Positions 28,154 to 41,904 of a stretch of 64,000 nucleotides of DNA are shown here, piece after piece (position 1 is the first letter of the stretch; every line of letters starts with the position of its first letter). Where the stretch lies: contig OX597826.1 of the NCBI GenBank assembly GCA_951406725.2, forward strand, positions 34,162,001 through 34,226,000, in the 5' to 3' direction. This DNA is from Octopus vulgaris (Eukaryota). The translations under genes and the position numbers were made by a program. The notes under the pieces were generated by a model that saw only the letters and a list, made by a program, of their open reading frames with translations, was not told the origin of the DNA and did not search any database.

Positions 28154-28420
28154 GACACTGCATTGGTTGCGACGACAAGGGTTCCATTTGAGTCGGTCAA
28201 CGGAGCAACCTGCTTCTTAAATTGACGTTCAAGTAGCTGAGTACTCCACAGACACCCGTACTCTGAAAGAAAGTTTCAGGGAGATTCAACGTGTCACAGA
28301 ATGTGACGAGGTTGAACCATTGATATACAGGTACAACTCATTTTTGCCAGCTGAGTGGACTGGAGCAACGTGAAATAAAGTGTCTTGCTCAAAGACACAA
28401 CAGGAATTCGAACTCACGAT
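28154..28420 (-). mobile_element. SINE with family D core and the tail of the 44811 element
   Basis: Core TTGAGCAAGACACTTTATTTCACGTTGCTCCAG is shared with 4432/23483; tail GTACCTGTA...CTGTGGAGT.CTCAGCTACTTG...TGGAACCCT.GTCGTCGCAACC is shared with 44998-45179. Confidence 0.8.
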
Positions 28421-29318
28421 TGAAAGGTCTTGATCCCGATGATCTAACTTCAAAGACACCCACCATCACTCTTGTTCATATATTGTTGCGGCAGATATTG
28501 TCCTGATATAATTCTATTTTTATTTCAGGAACATATTCTTCAAGCAGCAAAGTCGTATTATAGTGCTTCCACTTTACCTCATACATTTTACAGTTGATAA
28601 AAATATTTTCGCACTGTGGCATTTATAACATTAAGCAAGTCTCTCTTGCATCTATAACTTACTTTTATTATATGTGCGTTGAACAACTAGTGAAATTTAT
28701 AACCGTTGAGTCGATCATCATTACACACACATTATTGCCGTTAAATCCCACGGTGACATGAAATGTCGTCTCCCATTTTTGTAACGAAGACAGTATCCAT
28801 ATTATTTTCTAAATAATTTTGCTGTTGATGGAGATGTTGCTGCTATACTTTTATTCTTGTCATTGTTCCCAGTAGACATATTAACGAAGAGGTATTGTCA
28901 GTCAACTGAAGGACATGTAGTCTTGCAACAAATAAGCTTTCTTCCCTGTTAAAGAATAAAGCTTATTATGTGACGTAAGGATTGAGATGGTGACGACTAG
29001 GGAGTATATAGCTATATGTTTACTAGATTGGGAGTGCAAAAAGGAAAACGAATATGATACAGGATTTTGAGACTGTGTAAGTAAAAATAAGTTGCTTTAG
29101 ATCAGGTTTGTCGCATCAATATATTTTAACGGGAAGCATACACTCCAATAACTTACAAACAGAAAAGAAATGCATACACACACAAGCACACACACATATC
29201 TGTGTATGTGTCTATATGTCTGTCTGTCTGAATGTATTTTTGTACGTATGTATATATGTATGTATGTATGCATGTATGTAAGTATGTAGGTATACATACA
29301 TACATACCTTCGTTGATA

Positions 29319-29426
29319 TTTTACAGGGCCTAGAAAAACTGAGAGGGGAGTATGTTGAAGAAAATCATAATTAACTGATCCTCTTCCTTTCACTGAAAAC
29401 CAGGAACTTTTCAGCACCCCGAAGTA
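29319..29426 (+). mobile_element. Mariner 3' end fragment with TIR
   Basis: QGLEKL/RGEYVE peptide remnant, then AGGAACTTTTCAGCACCCCGAAGTA; homologous to 61805-61893 plus 62311-62341. Confidence 0.6.
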
Positions 29427-29462
29427 TATAGATATTTTTCAGCAAATATAATCGTATGTCTT

Positions 29463-29536
<74 letters not shown>

Positions 29537-29538
29537 CA

Positions 29539-29575
<37 letters not shown>

Positions 29576-30711
29576 ATATATATATATGTATATATATATA
29601 CACACACACACACGTGTGTGTCTATATGTGTATATGTATATATGTCAGAGTAATGATATTTCTCTGTCGATATCGATTTCTTACAGAAAGGTCAATTTTG
29701 ACATGTAACAGAGTCTATAGACATTTTTGTATTGTGAAGCATGTAACATTTAACAGTTAAACATGGTTCTCAATACCTGTCATTTTTTGCTACAACAATC
29801 ATATTTCTCAATTTGTGAAATGTAACAAATATATTGAATCCGACACAGATTCTATAACACATATTTTACACCCATTTTTTCCATAGTACTTCATATATCA
29901 AACTTCAAATTCTCCAGATTCATATAACACTTCGTTGTTGTGAACATATAATTTACAAAATGCCAGTTGACTGCTCGAATGCGTTAACTGGAGCATTTAA
30001 AAAGTTATCGAATAAAATATACGAGATTACACACATTTGCCGGTAAAATACCAATATTAAGAAAGTTAGGCCCATTCCCTCACACAAGATCGTTATACTT
30101 TTTTTTATTTCACCATCACGAGTTTTGACTCTGAATAGAAAGTCGTGGCACTTACTGTTAATTTCCAAAATTAAAAATGAAAAGAAAAATAAAAGATCAT
30201 GCTACACTAATGCACACTAAATTGAAGAAATCCACAGTAACCCTGTACACATCACAAATAAGTATTATAACAGAATTGTTTGTGTAATACAGTGAAATTA
30301 ATGTAATGAGAAGCATCATTGTAGAAACATTAGCAAATGTAGAGAGGTTTATTGTCAGAAACAAGACCACACAAATCTGACGTATGGCACATGCGGATAA
30401 TATAACGAAATAGTGAAACGCTAACCAATCATAAGCCAATTGAAACATTCCAACTGTATTCCTTGTATGCCAAAAATAAGACCGCCACTGTCAAAGAAAT
30501 AAAGATAATGGACACAATCAAAATATACAATAAATATAAATGAGCATTGAATTTTAAAATCCATAACCACGATTTGTGAATGTTCAGCTTTCAGTAATTT
30601 ATCATGTACATGCATTCATAGATAAATAAACATACATACATATGTATTTACATACATACATACACAGACACACAGACACCGACACACACACACCTATATA
30701 TATATATATAT

Positions 30712-30754
<43 letters not shown>

Positions 30755-31464
30755 TGTGTGTATACATACATATGCATGTGCACACAAATTCCTATTTTAT
30801 ATGTATAGATGTATATATGTATATGTGCGAATGTATATTAGTATGTGTATGTATTTATAATTAATATATGCGTTTGTCTGAGCAGATCAGTGAGCCTATG
30901 TCCGCTGTACATCTTACAGAACCAAACATTAAATATTGTTTCATTTCATAAGCAGTTTCAGGTCATTAATTTTTACATCAACCATTTTTGCTGTTGTTTA
31001 TTGTTGTGCGCAAGTTTCTCTTATGCTGTCTTAGTGATTTTGTTTCAGAGTATATGTGGTTGTACAGCATTGATCGTAATGGTCTCCTGGCCATAGGTGC
31101 TGAAGTGGTCATTAAAAAATATTCTTTGCTGAACTTTTGACCGCGTCTCCTTCCTCTCCTGCAAAATGATTTAATTTTTAGCATTTAATTCACATAACAA
31201 TCTCAACTGCAATTTTAGACTTTTAGTTTTTTTTTTGAAAAAAAAACTTAATAGCAATTCACTGACCTGCTCTTAACCCTTTAACTGTCTGTCTCCCTAC
31301 TATTTCTATTATTTTCATTATCTCATTACCTCTTTCATTGTCTTTCTCTCTCTCATTCTCTCTGTTTCTTGCGCTCAAATATTGTAATTAATCAGGAAAT
31401 ATTATCAAATATTATAATGCAAAAACACGTGTTAAAAACGTACATTTATATATATACACAAACA

Positions 31465-31509
<45 letters not shown>

Positions 31510-31536
31510 CAATAAATAAATATATATATGTATATT

Positions 31537-31605
<69 letters not shown>

Positions 31606-33366
31606 TTAAATTTATATTTATACGGATGTATGTATGTATAACCACACGTGCATATGCAATCCTACAGAGACGATTATCTTTTGACATTTTTTCAAATTCT
31701 ACATATTGAGGACATTGCTATTTGTCTGAAACAAAAATATTGAATTTTGCACACTATGTACGCGCATACTATGGTAGCCTTATGTTATTGTCAAAAGGAA
31801 AGGAATTTAATTCGCTTTGAATAGTCATATTACAGTAACATATTTCTAAAAGCAAAAATATTGAATCATTTTTATGAAAATAATCAAATACTTCAGACCC
31901 TCTGCAAAATTCGTATACATACGTATGTACGTTTGTATGTATGTAAGTATGTAGGTATGTGTATATGTGTATATGTATGTATATATCGATACATGCATGT
32001 ATGGTTTTCTCTGATTTTATTTAAGTTAAGAGCGTTCAAACCCGTCGCTAACAAAGATATAAGACGTTTCGACTTAAGAGAGAATCTGATGTTTGTAAAC
32101 ATGTGGTTGAGCTGATTTACTGGTTGAACTGATGTGTTGCCTGAGCTGGTGTGTTGGTTGATCTAGTGTGCGGGTTGAGCTGTCGATGCATAAACCTAAG
32201 TGAGTGCATCTATTCAGCTAAAGAATATTAGATGGAGATTCTTTGGAATGGCTTACTTCACAGTGCCAATAATAGTGCCAAAAAAGAATTAAGAAGAAAA
32301 ATTAGTTGAAAGGAATATGGAGACGATTTGTCATCGAGATCCTTGTGCGCTCCACATGACATATATCTATATGGCTAAGTAATTATTGAAAGAAGCTACC
32401 CAAAACATGTTCGCACAGTGTACTCTGAATTCTAATCTATTTGATAATTTAATATAAATACACTCCTTTTCGAATGATAAATTCTTTGTCTTAACATAAT
32501 TGCATAAAAGTTAGAGGCTTTTTTTGTAACATGTTTAATATAAAATTATAAATATTTATCTTTACGTATCTATATTGAGCTGAATATAATTGATTGTTTA
32601 AGCATTCATGACTAGTGGTATCAATAACTTGATAATAAACGAAATTAATTTGAGTGTGAAAAATGTGTATGACTGTTCTGTTTTCATGACATTCCTAAAG
32701 CTATTTTGCGACACAAACAAAGCAAAACAGAGAATTAATACAGAAGTCAGTGTTTGTATATTAAAGGCATGGAATGTTAAAAATTAGATAGATATAAATA
32801 GGCACTTCAGAAACGAAACAATCATAATCAATGATTTAATTTGTTATTAATTTTCTCATGTTGTGTTATGCGTTCTATGCATTATGTATGTGAAAACACT
32901 TATACGTTGATTCATACCATTTGAATTATCTGATATTCTAACAATTCTATTTTTCCATGGAATATAAATATGACGGTAAATTTACAGTGAAACATTAAAT
33001 CTATATCTGCGAATAATATAAATGGTATTGGTTGCTGATGAGATCACAATAATGTCGAAACATATTAAAAATATATCTTCTAATTTGTTCTTAAAAAAAA
33101 ATAACACGTGGCATCAATTAATGGAATATGTTTTGCATATTTATGCCTATGTTTTTTTATGCATTAATTATGTTATCACTGATATATCCTTTGCTGTTAT
33201 TGAAATATCTCTATATTATTTCAGACTCAAATTTTACGTTCTACTATCGTACACATTTCCCCTCATCAAATCAATATAATTTTGTGTTGGATTCAGGATT
33301 TTAGTGAGATTAGAAGGAAGTTCACACAAAGCTGTGTGAAATTTATATATATATATAAATTGTGTG

Positions 33367-33410
<44 letters not shown>

Positions 33411-33461
33411 GTGTGTGTGTGTGTGTGTGTCTGTCTGTATGTATGTATGTATGTATGTATG

Positions 33462-33718
33462 TTAGTTAGTTAGTTAATTTGGCTCAAAAGCAAATAGCAA
33501 GGCCATGTAGGGGGACATGGAGTTAAGTACAGGGTGGTGTTCATGTAAAGAGTTCAGGCCACTTGAGGTCAAGGGAGGCTTTGAACAAAGCGGTCGTCGG
33601 CATCTTCACCATCTCGTCTGGCAGCTTGTTCCACGGATCCGCAACCCGGACGGAGAAAGCTCCTCTCCTTCGATTGAGATGAAATCGTCGCAGATAGAGC
33701 TTTTCGCAATGACCCCGT
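33462..33718 (-). mobile_element. 5'-truncated CR1/L2-group LINE 3' end with (TAAC)n tail
   Basis: RGHCEKLYLRRFHLNRRRGAFSVRVADPWNKLPDEMVKMPTTALFKASLD matches the RGH..KL...FS.RV...WN.LP...FK..LD C-terminal signature; stop, short 3'UTR, TAAC repeats. Confidence 0.85.
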
Positions 33719-33760
33719 ATATTTATATCTGTAAATGTAATATGTGACAATTATTCGGTA

Positions 33761-33835
33761 GCCATGATAAAACTCCCTCCGAGTTTCGGATGCCGAGGTG
33801 GAAATCCACGCCGCCATCTCTTCAGTTATCCGGCC
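33761..33835 (-). ncRNA. Type I hammerhead ribozyme
   Basis: Minus strand GCCG-GAUAA-CUGAAGA-GAUG...CAUC-C-GAAA-CUC-GGAGG-GAG-UU-UUAUC-A-UGGC; predicted cleavage between 33771 and 33770. Confidence 0.75.
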
Positions 33836-34302
33836 ATCGGAAATGAAAAATGACCGTTATACAAAGGGAAATTACTGTGTGATTGACCGTTATTAAGACA
33901 AAGGAGCTATTCGTATGACCGCTAAGTAAGGGGAGGGAGTAAACTAAGGGAAGGATCATAGTATTCGCGTAAGCGCGCCCGTTCATAGCTACACATGTGC
34001 GCCCGCACACACACGTGCGTGCGCCTAAACGTATACATTCATCCACCCTCACTTAAAAACGTACATATCCTCACTATCATCCTTCACCAAATGTATATGT
34101 ATATACATACAAACCCATACACACACACGCGCACCATAAAGGTTCATACACATGTCTATATACGCACACACACATGCAAAAAAGGATCATACATACGTCT
34201 ATATGCGCACATAAAAACACTGAGTGAATTACGTCTATATACGCACGTACTCGCATGCACGCACACACGCACATATCTATATACGCACATTCCCGCGTCT
34301 TA

Positions 34303-34348
<46 letters not shown>

Positions 34349-34365
34349 GTATATACATTTATATA

Positions 34366-34419
<54 letters not shown>

Positions 34420-34428
34420 TGTATGTAA

Positions 34429-34482
<54 letters not shown>

Positions 34483-34524
34483 GTATTTTCAGGCACAAAC
34501 CACATATCATAATGATTTATGTGC

Positions 34525-34705
34525 ATCTTTGTCCCCCACAACTACTTGAGAATCTGTGTTGATTTGTCTATGTCGGCATAACCTAACGGTACGGCAAAAG
34601 AGAACAATAGAATAAGTACCAGTCTTAAATAGTATGTTATGTGGTCGATTCAACCGACAAAAATTCTTCAACACGCTGCCCCAGCCTGGCCGCAATCTAA
34701 TCACG
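34525..34705 (+). mobile_element. SINE family A, 3' part
   Basis: GGCAAAAGAGAACAATAGAATAAGTACCAG...CCCCAGCCTGGCCGCAATCTAAT. Confidence 0.7.
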
Positions 34706-34806
34706 GAAACATACCTGGAAACACAAGCACACACGTGCAATATACAGACAGTCACCCCCCCCCCCCCGCACACACACAAATTCATAGGTATGGATAACTG
34801 GATATA

Positions 34807-36035
34807 CGAAGTGCGATCAATAAGTATCCGGACCAGTGTTATAAAAACAAAACTACAACACGTACCAATTTGGCATTTAATCTCCTTCAAGGTAGTCACC
34901 TTCGGAATTCATACAATTAATCCAGTGCAGTTTCCATTGATGAAAACATTCCTGGAACTCTTTTTCTGAGATAATCAGCAGCTACCTCTCTCGTCTCATT
35001 CACTTTGATTTTCTCAATATTCTGAAACTTTCTTCTTTTCAAGTGAGATTTGAGTTTTGGAAAGAGGGAAAAGTCGCAAGTAGTGACATCTGGAGAATAC
35101 GGAGGCTATCGGAGCTGGGTAACGCAGTGCCTTGCCAGAAGCTGCTACATAATGGGCAGGCGCGTTGTCATGGTGCAATTGCCACACACCGGACGCACAC
35201 AATTGTGGTATTTTCCGACGAATAACATCCTGCAAACGCCGCAAAACATCACAGTAGTACTCCATGTTTATTGTCTGACCAGCTGGAGCATATTCATGAT
35301 GAACACTCCCCTTGTAGTCTTCACATTGCTTCGACTCATTCATGCTTTCTTCGGTATAGGAGATGTTGGCGTCTTCCACTATGAAGATTGAGCCTTTGTT
35401 TTGGGGTCATAGCCACGGTTCATCACCCGTTATTACCGTTTTCAAAAAGTTTCCATCGTACTCGAGAAAATCAAGATCTTGTGCAACTAAAAGCCAAGTG
35501 TCTTTTTAGTCAGCTGAAAACAATTTGAGCACAAACTTGGCAGACACGTTTCTCGTACCCAAATCTTCAGTGATAATGGACTGAATTGAATCGGAACTTA
35601 TCTGCACATCCCCTGATAGGTCATAGATGGAGATTCGACGATTTCCACTCACAGCTGCACGCACATCTCTGTTGTTTTTATCAGTTCTGCTGGTTGCGGA
35701 TTTCCCAGAATATTCGTCAATATCAACATTTTTTTCGCATCATACATTCCTCTCCATACACTTTATGCAGCTTTTTGTGGACATCTGAGGAGGTATCGGC
35801 AAGCTTTTGGCAACATTTTATTCAGATTCTCTGCTCAACTTTCTGTCATGGTCAATGCGACGCTACGCACATTCCTTCCAACCACTGCTGTAAACAGCGG
35901 AGGTGGACTAGAACGTTAAAACTTAGTGCGCATGCACAACTGAGTTCAAGGTCAATCTGTGCCAAGCAGCTTTACTCTACATACCTTAGCTTCGTTACTA
36001 TAGCAACAGCTTGGATACTTATTGATCAGACCACG
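34807..36035 (-). mobile_element. Near full-length degenerate mariner (DD34D-type) transposon
   Basis: TIRs CGAAGTGCGATCAATAAGTATCC / GGATACTTATTGATCAGACCACG flanked by TA; about 1.23 kb. ORF 35014-35379 has VHHEYAPAGQTINMEYYCDVLRRL...WQLHHDNAPAH; frameshifted. Confidence 0.92.
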
Positions 36036-37060
36036 TATATCTTTATGGATGTATCTACTTATCGAACCATTATAAAAATGTAAAAAAACACACATACATT
36101 CTCTCTCTCTTGTAGGAGCAGAAGTTACCAATATATTCTATTACAAAGAGGTTATACTGCGAGCGTAAAATCTCCATGGTAGATCTGAAGATTACCAGCT
36201 ATAAATTAAACCAATTTTTTTCTGGGAGGCATTCTGCTCTCCATTTCTTTTGTCAACCTGTAATGTAGAAACATTTTCAGCTTTCTTAGAAGCTGTAGTT
36301 TGTTACGTATCTTGATTATTCTTCCGTTTTCTCTGTTATCCCGCTCTTTCTGTCTGCCTGTCTCTGTCTCTCCATATATACACATATACATGCACACACA
36401 GACATCCTACACAACGCACACACACACGTACACATACATGTAATACTTATAAAGACCACAAGGAGATTTTTTTTATTTAGTAAAAGCTACAGAATATTAT
36501 ATTTGTACGTATTTGACATTACGTATGTCACTGTTTTGACTCATAAGGATCCTGAGCCTATTAGGCTATTCTGGGTACTTTTTACTCTCTTCATTATATG
36601 CAGTGTATTCCCTGCTGCGGACGAGCACTGCACACGAACTTAGATGAGAGTCAACGAACGGACAAAAAGAAAAAGAATCGAAGAAACAGAAAAACGCATT
36701 GAAATACATTGAAGAAAAATCCTACGACACAACAGTTACATGATATTAAGTGCTACGTTAGAATGATTGAGATATTACTAGCAAAAATTGATTTGGAAAG
36801 TATACGTTATCGAAAAAGTCAGTAACAACTTAAATGCCGACGAGAAATTTACCTTCAAAACCAAACGGAATAATTCAAAATTCATATTGGACTTCATTAA
36901 GCCTATAATAATGTGAGATTTAATAATCGCACCAACATTGTTAATTATATTATATCAAACATATATATTTGTACGCGACTTTCTGTAGCAGAACACAATA
37001 TTTCATAGAAATATATATCTGTTATGCATGTAAATAATAGGGAACCAACTGTGAACTTAA

Positions 37061-37135
<75 letters not shown>

Positions 37136-37239
37136 TGTGTATGTTTGTATGTATGTATGTATGTATGTGTGTGTGTGTGTGTATGTATTATGCGTGTAAT
37201 TGTTTGAGTCTTTCGACTGATGCCATGCTGTTGTGACAC

Positions 37240-37640
37240 CTTAAAGCTTACATTCGATTAATTGGCCCTAGTATTAAATATAAGTCTAGACATTGTATCG
37301 GACACTGCTTGCTGACCTGCTAAGCTACGGGTACTTAAACAAACAATTGCAACGGATGACATGCGATAGGAAACAAATCACAAATCCAATATGCACACAC
37401 ATGCACAAACACAAATACATACAAACGAACAAACACGCACAGACACATACACACGCTCATACACATACACACACGCACATACACACATATAGGAAAGGTT
37501 CTCTCAAAACATATTTCATTTCCACTCGCAAGGTTTCATTCGGCCTTGGGTTAATAGAAGACACTTGTTCAAAATATCACGGAGTAAGACTCAATACGAC
37601 AATATGGTTACGAAGCAAGTTACTTAACCATACACCGTGT
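37240..37640 (-). mobile_element. SINE family A (highly diverged)
   Basis: GCTAAGCTACGGG...(CA)n...TCCACTCGCAAGG...ATAGAAGACACTTG...GAAGCAAGTTACTTAACCA collinear with the minus copies at 2175 and 58358. Confidence 0.65.
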
Positions 37641-38190
37641 TTTTGGGCATATGGATTTTTTCTCTATATACATACATATGATGATTTCCGCTTCTTGTTG
37701 GTGATAGCCGTCTCACATTTAGCATAGCTGCCCTGTTTTACCTTCGTCCTTTATGTGCGCATATATGACTTTTCACGCAACGCCCTCGTCGTTATAAGAC
37801 TTCATAAAATACAAAACGAATCAAGAAATGAAATTACAGACTTCTGGATTTCACTGACAAAAGCGTGTAGAACATTTTTGCCACTCTCTCGATTGCCACA
37901 GTAGGTTCCAATGACAAGCATTGCAAGACAACTGGTGCAATATCTTTCATATACAAGAACGGGAGCGTCTTCTACCCTTTGGACATCTATTTAGCCCATA
38001 GACGGGACCTGGGCAGGTATTACCGTTCCGAATCAGAGAGGAATTTAGAGTAATGGGAATTAAGAGGCGACTCAAGGGTCCCTTCAATTCCAAAGTTCCC
38101 GGAATGAAGCTTCACCACTGGATGCTCTTTGATGCCATGCCCAGGACAGATATACATGCAGCCCCCCCCATACATACATACATACATACA

Positions 38191-38266
<76 letters not shown>

Positions 38267-39014
38267 CAAACATGCATACATACCTATATACATAGACGTA
38301 CGTACATATATACACACATATTCATATCACATTAGTGACAACATTTATTATTTAAGAACATAAGAACATCATTCATTCGTTTATTTAACATTTAGGGAAA
38401 AAAACATTACGAACCGTCACAAACGTACTTCTTTAATATCAAGTGCAACATTAAATAAATATGATTATTTCTTTATTTACTCACGTTTAAGGCCATTATA
38501 TAAGCAAGGTTGTCATTGTGTACAAGTTAGATTGTGTCCATTAATAAAAGACTTCAAATATTATTTCTTTTCATTTCCTTAACTATTACTTATGGTATTT
38601 AAATGGAAGATGACATTTTGCTTGTGACTGTTACAAAGCTAAAATTGTAACCTATTTTTCTGTGACTTTTTCTTTCGATTTTATTACCGTTCGTCTATAA
38701 TAAACACATTCTAATATTTTTCTCTCTCTCTCTTCAGAGCATTTCTCTCTCCTTCACTTCCTTCTCTTTTCACTCGGACTTCCTTGCTGACCGATTTCTT
38801 GCTCCCTTTTATTCATTCTGACATTGATTAATGGGGTATCGTTTATGACTATTTTCGTTAAAACATAATAGTGCTAGTGAAGGTGGTGTAACAACAGTTC
38901 AAAGTTTATATCTACAAATTAATTGCAGTCTTTTTCTTGATTCAGTTTGGCAAAAAGCAGAAATCTAGATGTTATATATAGAAATATTCTCTCATATTTA
39001 TGAGAAAAGAATAC

Positions 39015-39202
39015 TTGTGTTTATTGATTTCAAATTTTGGCACAAGACCAGCATTTCAGAGTAAGTCGACTGGTACTTTATTTATCAACCCCAAAAGATG
39101 AAAGGAAAAATCGACTCCAGCAGAATTTGAGCTCAGAGCGGGACGAGATGCCGCTAAATATTTTGCCCAATACCGATAGCGATTCAACCAGCGCGTCACC
39201 TT
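39015..39202 (-). mobile_element. SINE family B
   Basis: CTGGTACTTTATTTATCAACCCCAAAAGATGAAAGG...GAATTTGAGCTCAGA. Confidence 0.75.
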
Positions 39203-40830
39203 AGAAGTCTTATATTATTTTATTTAAGTTTGCCATACTGTGCTTAAAATAGTTATATTTTAGTTTGCGGCTGATATGCTATATGAAGCGAGGGAATAAT
39301 AATGGCGTGGACTGCTGTAGAGGAACACTATTTTGACCAAAAGATACAATACCACACACATATTTTGAAAAAGAAGTAGTGTACCTGTTGATGAGGTACA
39401 AACACTCATAGAACCATATAGATCATGATATTGATGTAATAGAGAAATCACGGTAAATTTTTTTCACATCAAACATAATGCATATATCTATGGTGTCATA
39501 CCACTTGCAGCACACATTCTGCAAACTTAGCGCCCAACACCAAGTCCATTACCACATTCTAACAGCGCATATAAGATACACAGACGTCAGCCAACAAGTT
39601 ACTGCAAATTCACAATGCATATATTCTACGCAATAAATAGAGCAGACTTTAATAAACCCCCCTAAAAAAACGACAAAATAATTGCCAGAATTAAATTCGT
39701 ATCTTGATATCCTTATAAATGATAAAATATAAATTTGATCGGATGCTAATGCCGATGACAGAGAAAATGTCGTTGTGGATAACATCAACAGAACGAAACG
39801 GCATCTAAAGTCAATTTCATTCCCCATGCCAATTTCATTTCATTTTCTGCATTATTTTTAATGAGAAGGAAGTTCTTGGCCAGCAATGAATATTTTCTAG
39901 AATATCCAACTTTTATTTGGAACATAACTAAATTGGTAATTTAATAAAAATCTAACTAATTTTCCAGATACTCTCATGCCAAAATATTACAGGAAATTTT
40001 CCAATGCATGCAGCATCATATTAAGCTTCATTTCCATACTGAATAATCTTTCCTTATCTTTCAAGCCACTGACATCTGACATCAACCCCTGGTACAAATG
40101 TATAAAAATGGTGATGCCAAACAAAGAAAAATTAGTAGAAAACGTCTTCGTATACACAACGATGCACAGTAATGATACTTGCTCGCAGACACACGTTCAC
40201 ACAATCGAGATAATAAAATATTAACTTTCAATATAAATTGGTTCAAAGCTAGACAAGATCATTAATCACAAGCAAAGTTTTGGTGCATCAGTTTGAAAAA
40301 GAATAAAGAAGAAATTAACTGAGCAACATTAATTTGCTGATTGCTGGCAGAGTAAAAAAGTTTTTAAAAAATGGTACACCAAAATCTACCTTCATTTAAT
40401 AAACATGAAACAGAAAGAATTCCTGTTTTACACATATTTGAGCATATTGGTATGCAGGAATGTTTTTTTTTTGTTTTCTTTCTGTAATGAGACTAGACAT
40501 TTCTGTGTTGCTAGAACAATTGTCATTACACGTGAATACCTTGGTTTTGTTAAACCAAGATAACATTCTTAGTTTCAAACTTTCAACGAGAGAGAGTTGA
40601 ATTAATTCTTGAGAACAATTCTTTAGTGGTGGATTCCCTTCGTGCATCTATATCTAGCGTTAGAGTGACCACATGTGGACTCTCTCTCATTACTTGTATT
40701 ACTAATTTTTACTGTATCCCAGTCTTTATACGCTAGGCCACTTGGTGTTTTAAATTGATGTTATTAATTAATATTCAATTATTTTCACCCTTATTGTGAT
40801 TTTATATATATGTATATATATACATATATG

Positions 40831-40869
<39 letters not shown>

Positions 40870-41581
40870 TTGTATATATATATAAGCATGTATGTATATA
40901 GGTTGTTTGAGAATTGCTAAGGCACAGAACTCTTGGAGTTTGAGTCACTCTGTTGCTTCTGCGAAATATTAATATATATATATATATATATATGCAATCA
41001 CGCATGCATCACAAACACGTACGACCTGCCAGTTAAATGCGACATCACTGTCCAAATAAGTCAGGCAGCAGAAGCTGATGTGTATTTGACAGGAGGCGAC
41101 GTAAATATTTGCTGTTGATGAAGCAGCAAATATCCACGTCATGCAAAAATCTTTATTCAGCGATTTCACCATTAGTGCTGGGTGACCAACATTTGTGTGT
41201 GTGTGTTTGTGTATGTGTGATTGCAAGTGTGCGTATATATGCATATATGTGCATATGAGTAAATAAGATGCGTAGAACGTATTCCTATAGATTTTCTCTA
41301 AAACGTCAAATTAATTCGGTTGTTAGACGATCATAATATCTCCAGATATTATTTTAGAACTATCATGGAAATTTAATATTTTATCTCCCACCCCACAAAA
41401 TTGCCATTTTCCACTAGTTCAATAAATATATCAAATATTATATTTTTGACCTGATATACTTAAGTAGAATACAGTTATTTCACATCCCTCATTGATTCAT
41501 TTATTTCGGTTGAGAATGTATTAATTTCTAATACACTGCTTGCAATTTATTTCTAACCTGAAAGGTAATATTTATCCCCAC

Positions 41582-41904
41582 TAAATCATTGATGTTCTAT
41601 TAAAGGAAATTTGCTACGTTAGTTACCATGAGAGAAACTCGCATATTAGCTTTTTTTGTGTGTGCAAAATGCAACGTTCTCTTGTTTATATCGCTAGGTG
41701 TCTCTTGTGGTTGAGTTTCCATCACTGACAAGACCAAAGAATGTCGAAAACAAGTGAACAGGTTGCCTTGGCCTTGGAGGAAGCGATGATTTATCTCTCC
41801 CCAAACGATATAAACCAGAGAGCATTTCCCGCCAAAAAGGCCAATACGCGAGTTTCTCTCATGGAAACTAAGAAAATTTTGTTCATAAAGACCATCAACG
41901 TTTA
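41582..41904. mobile_element. Foldback/MITE-like element with about 120-bp inverted arms
   Basis: TTAGTTACCATGAGAGAAACTCGCATATTAGC pairs with GCCAATACGCGAGTTTCTCTCATGGAAACTAA; the arms extend outward (CATTGATG/CATCAACG) and inward (GTTTATATCG/CGATATAAAC). Confidence 0.75.

Noticed and set aside
33030-33072. CTGATGA-GAT...GTC-GAAAC hammerhead-like core
   Set aside because: Stems I and III do not form; chance or heavily decayed.
35586-36083. 165-aa plus-strand ORF
   Set aside because: Antisense to the mariner relic; no independent support.
41098-41140. Resemblance to miR-15/16 (AGCAGCA, CGTAAATATT)
   Set aside because: The matching words lie on opposite arms and the family is not expected in molluscs; likely coincidence.
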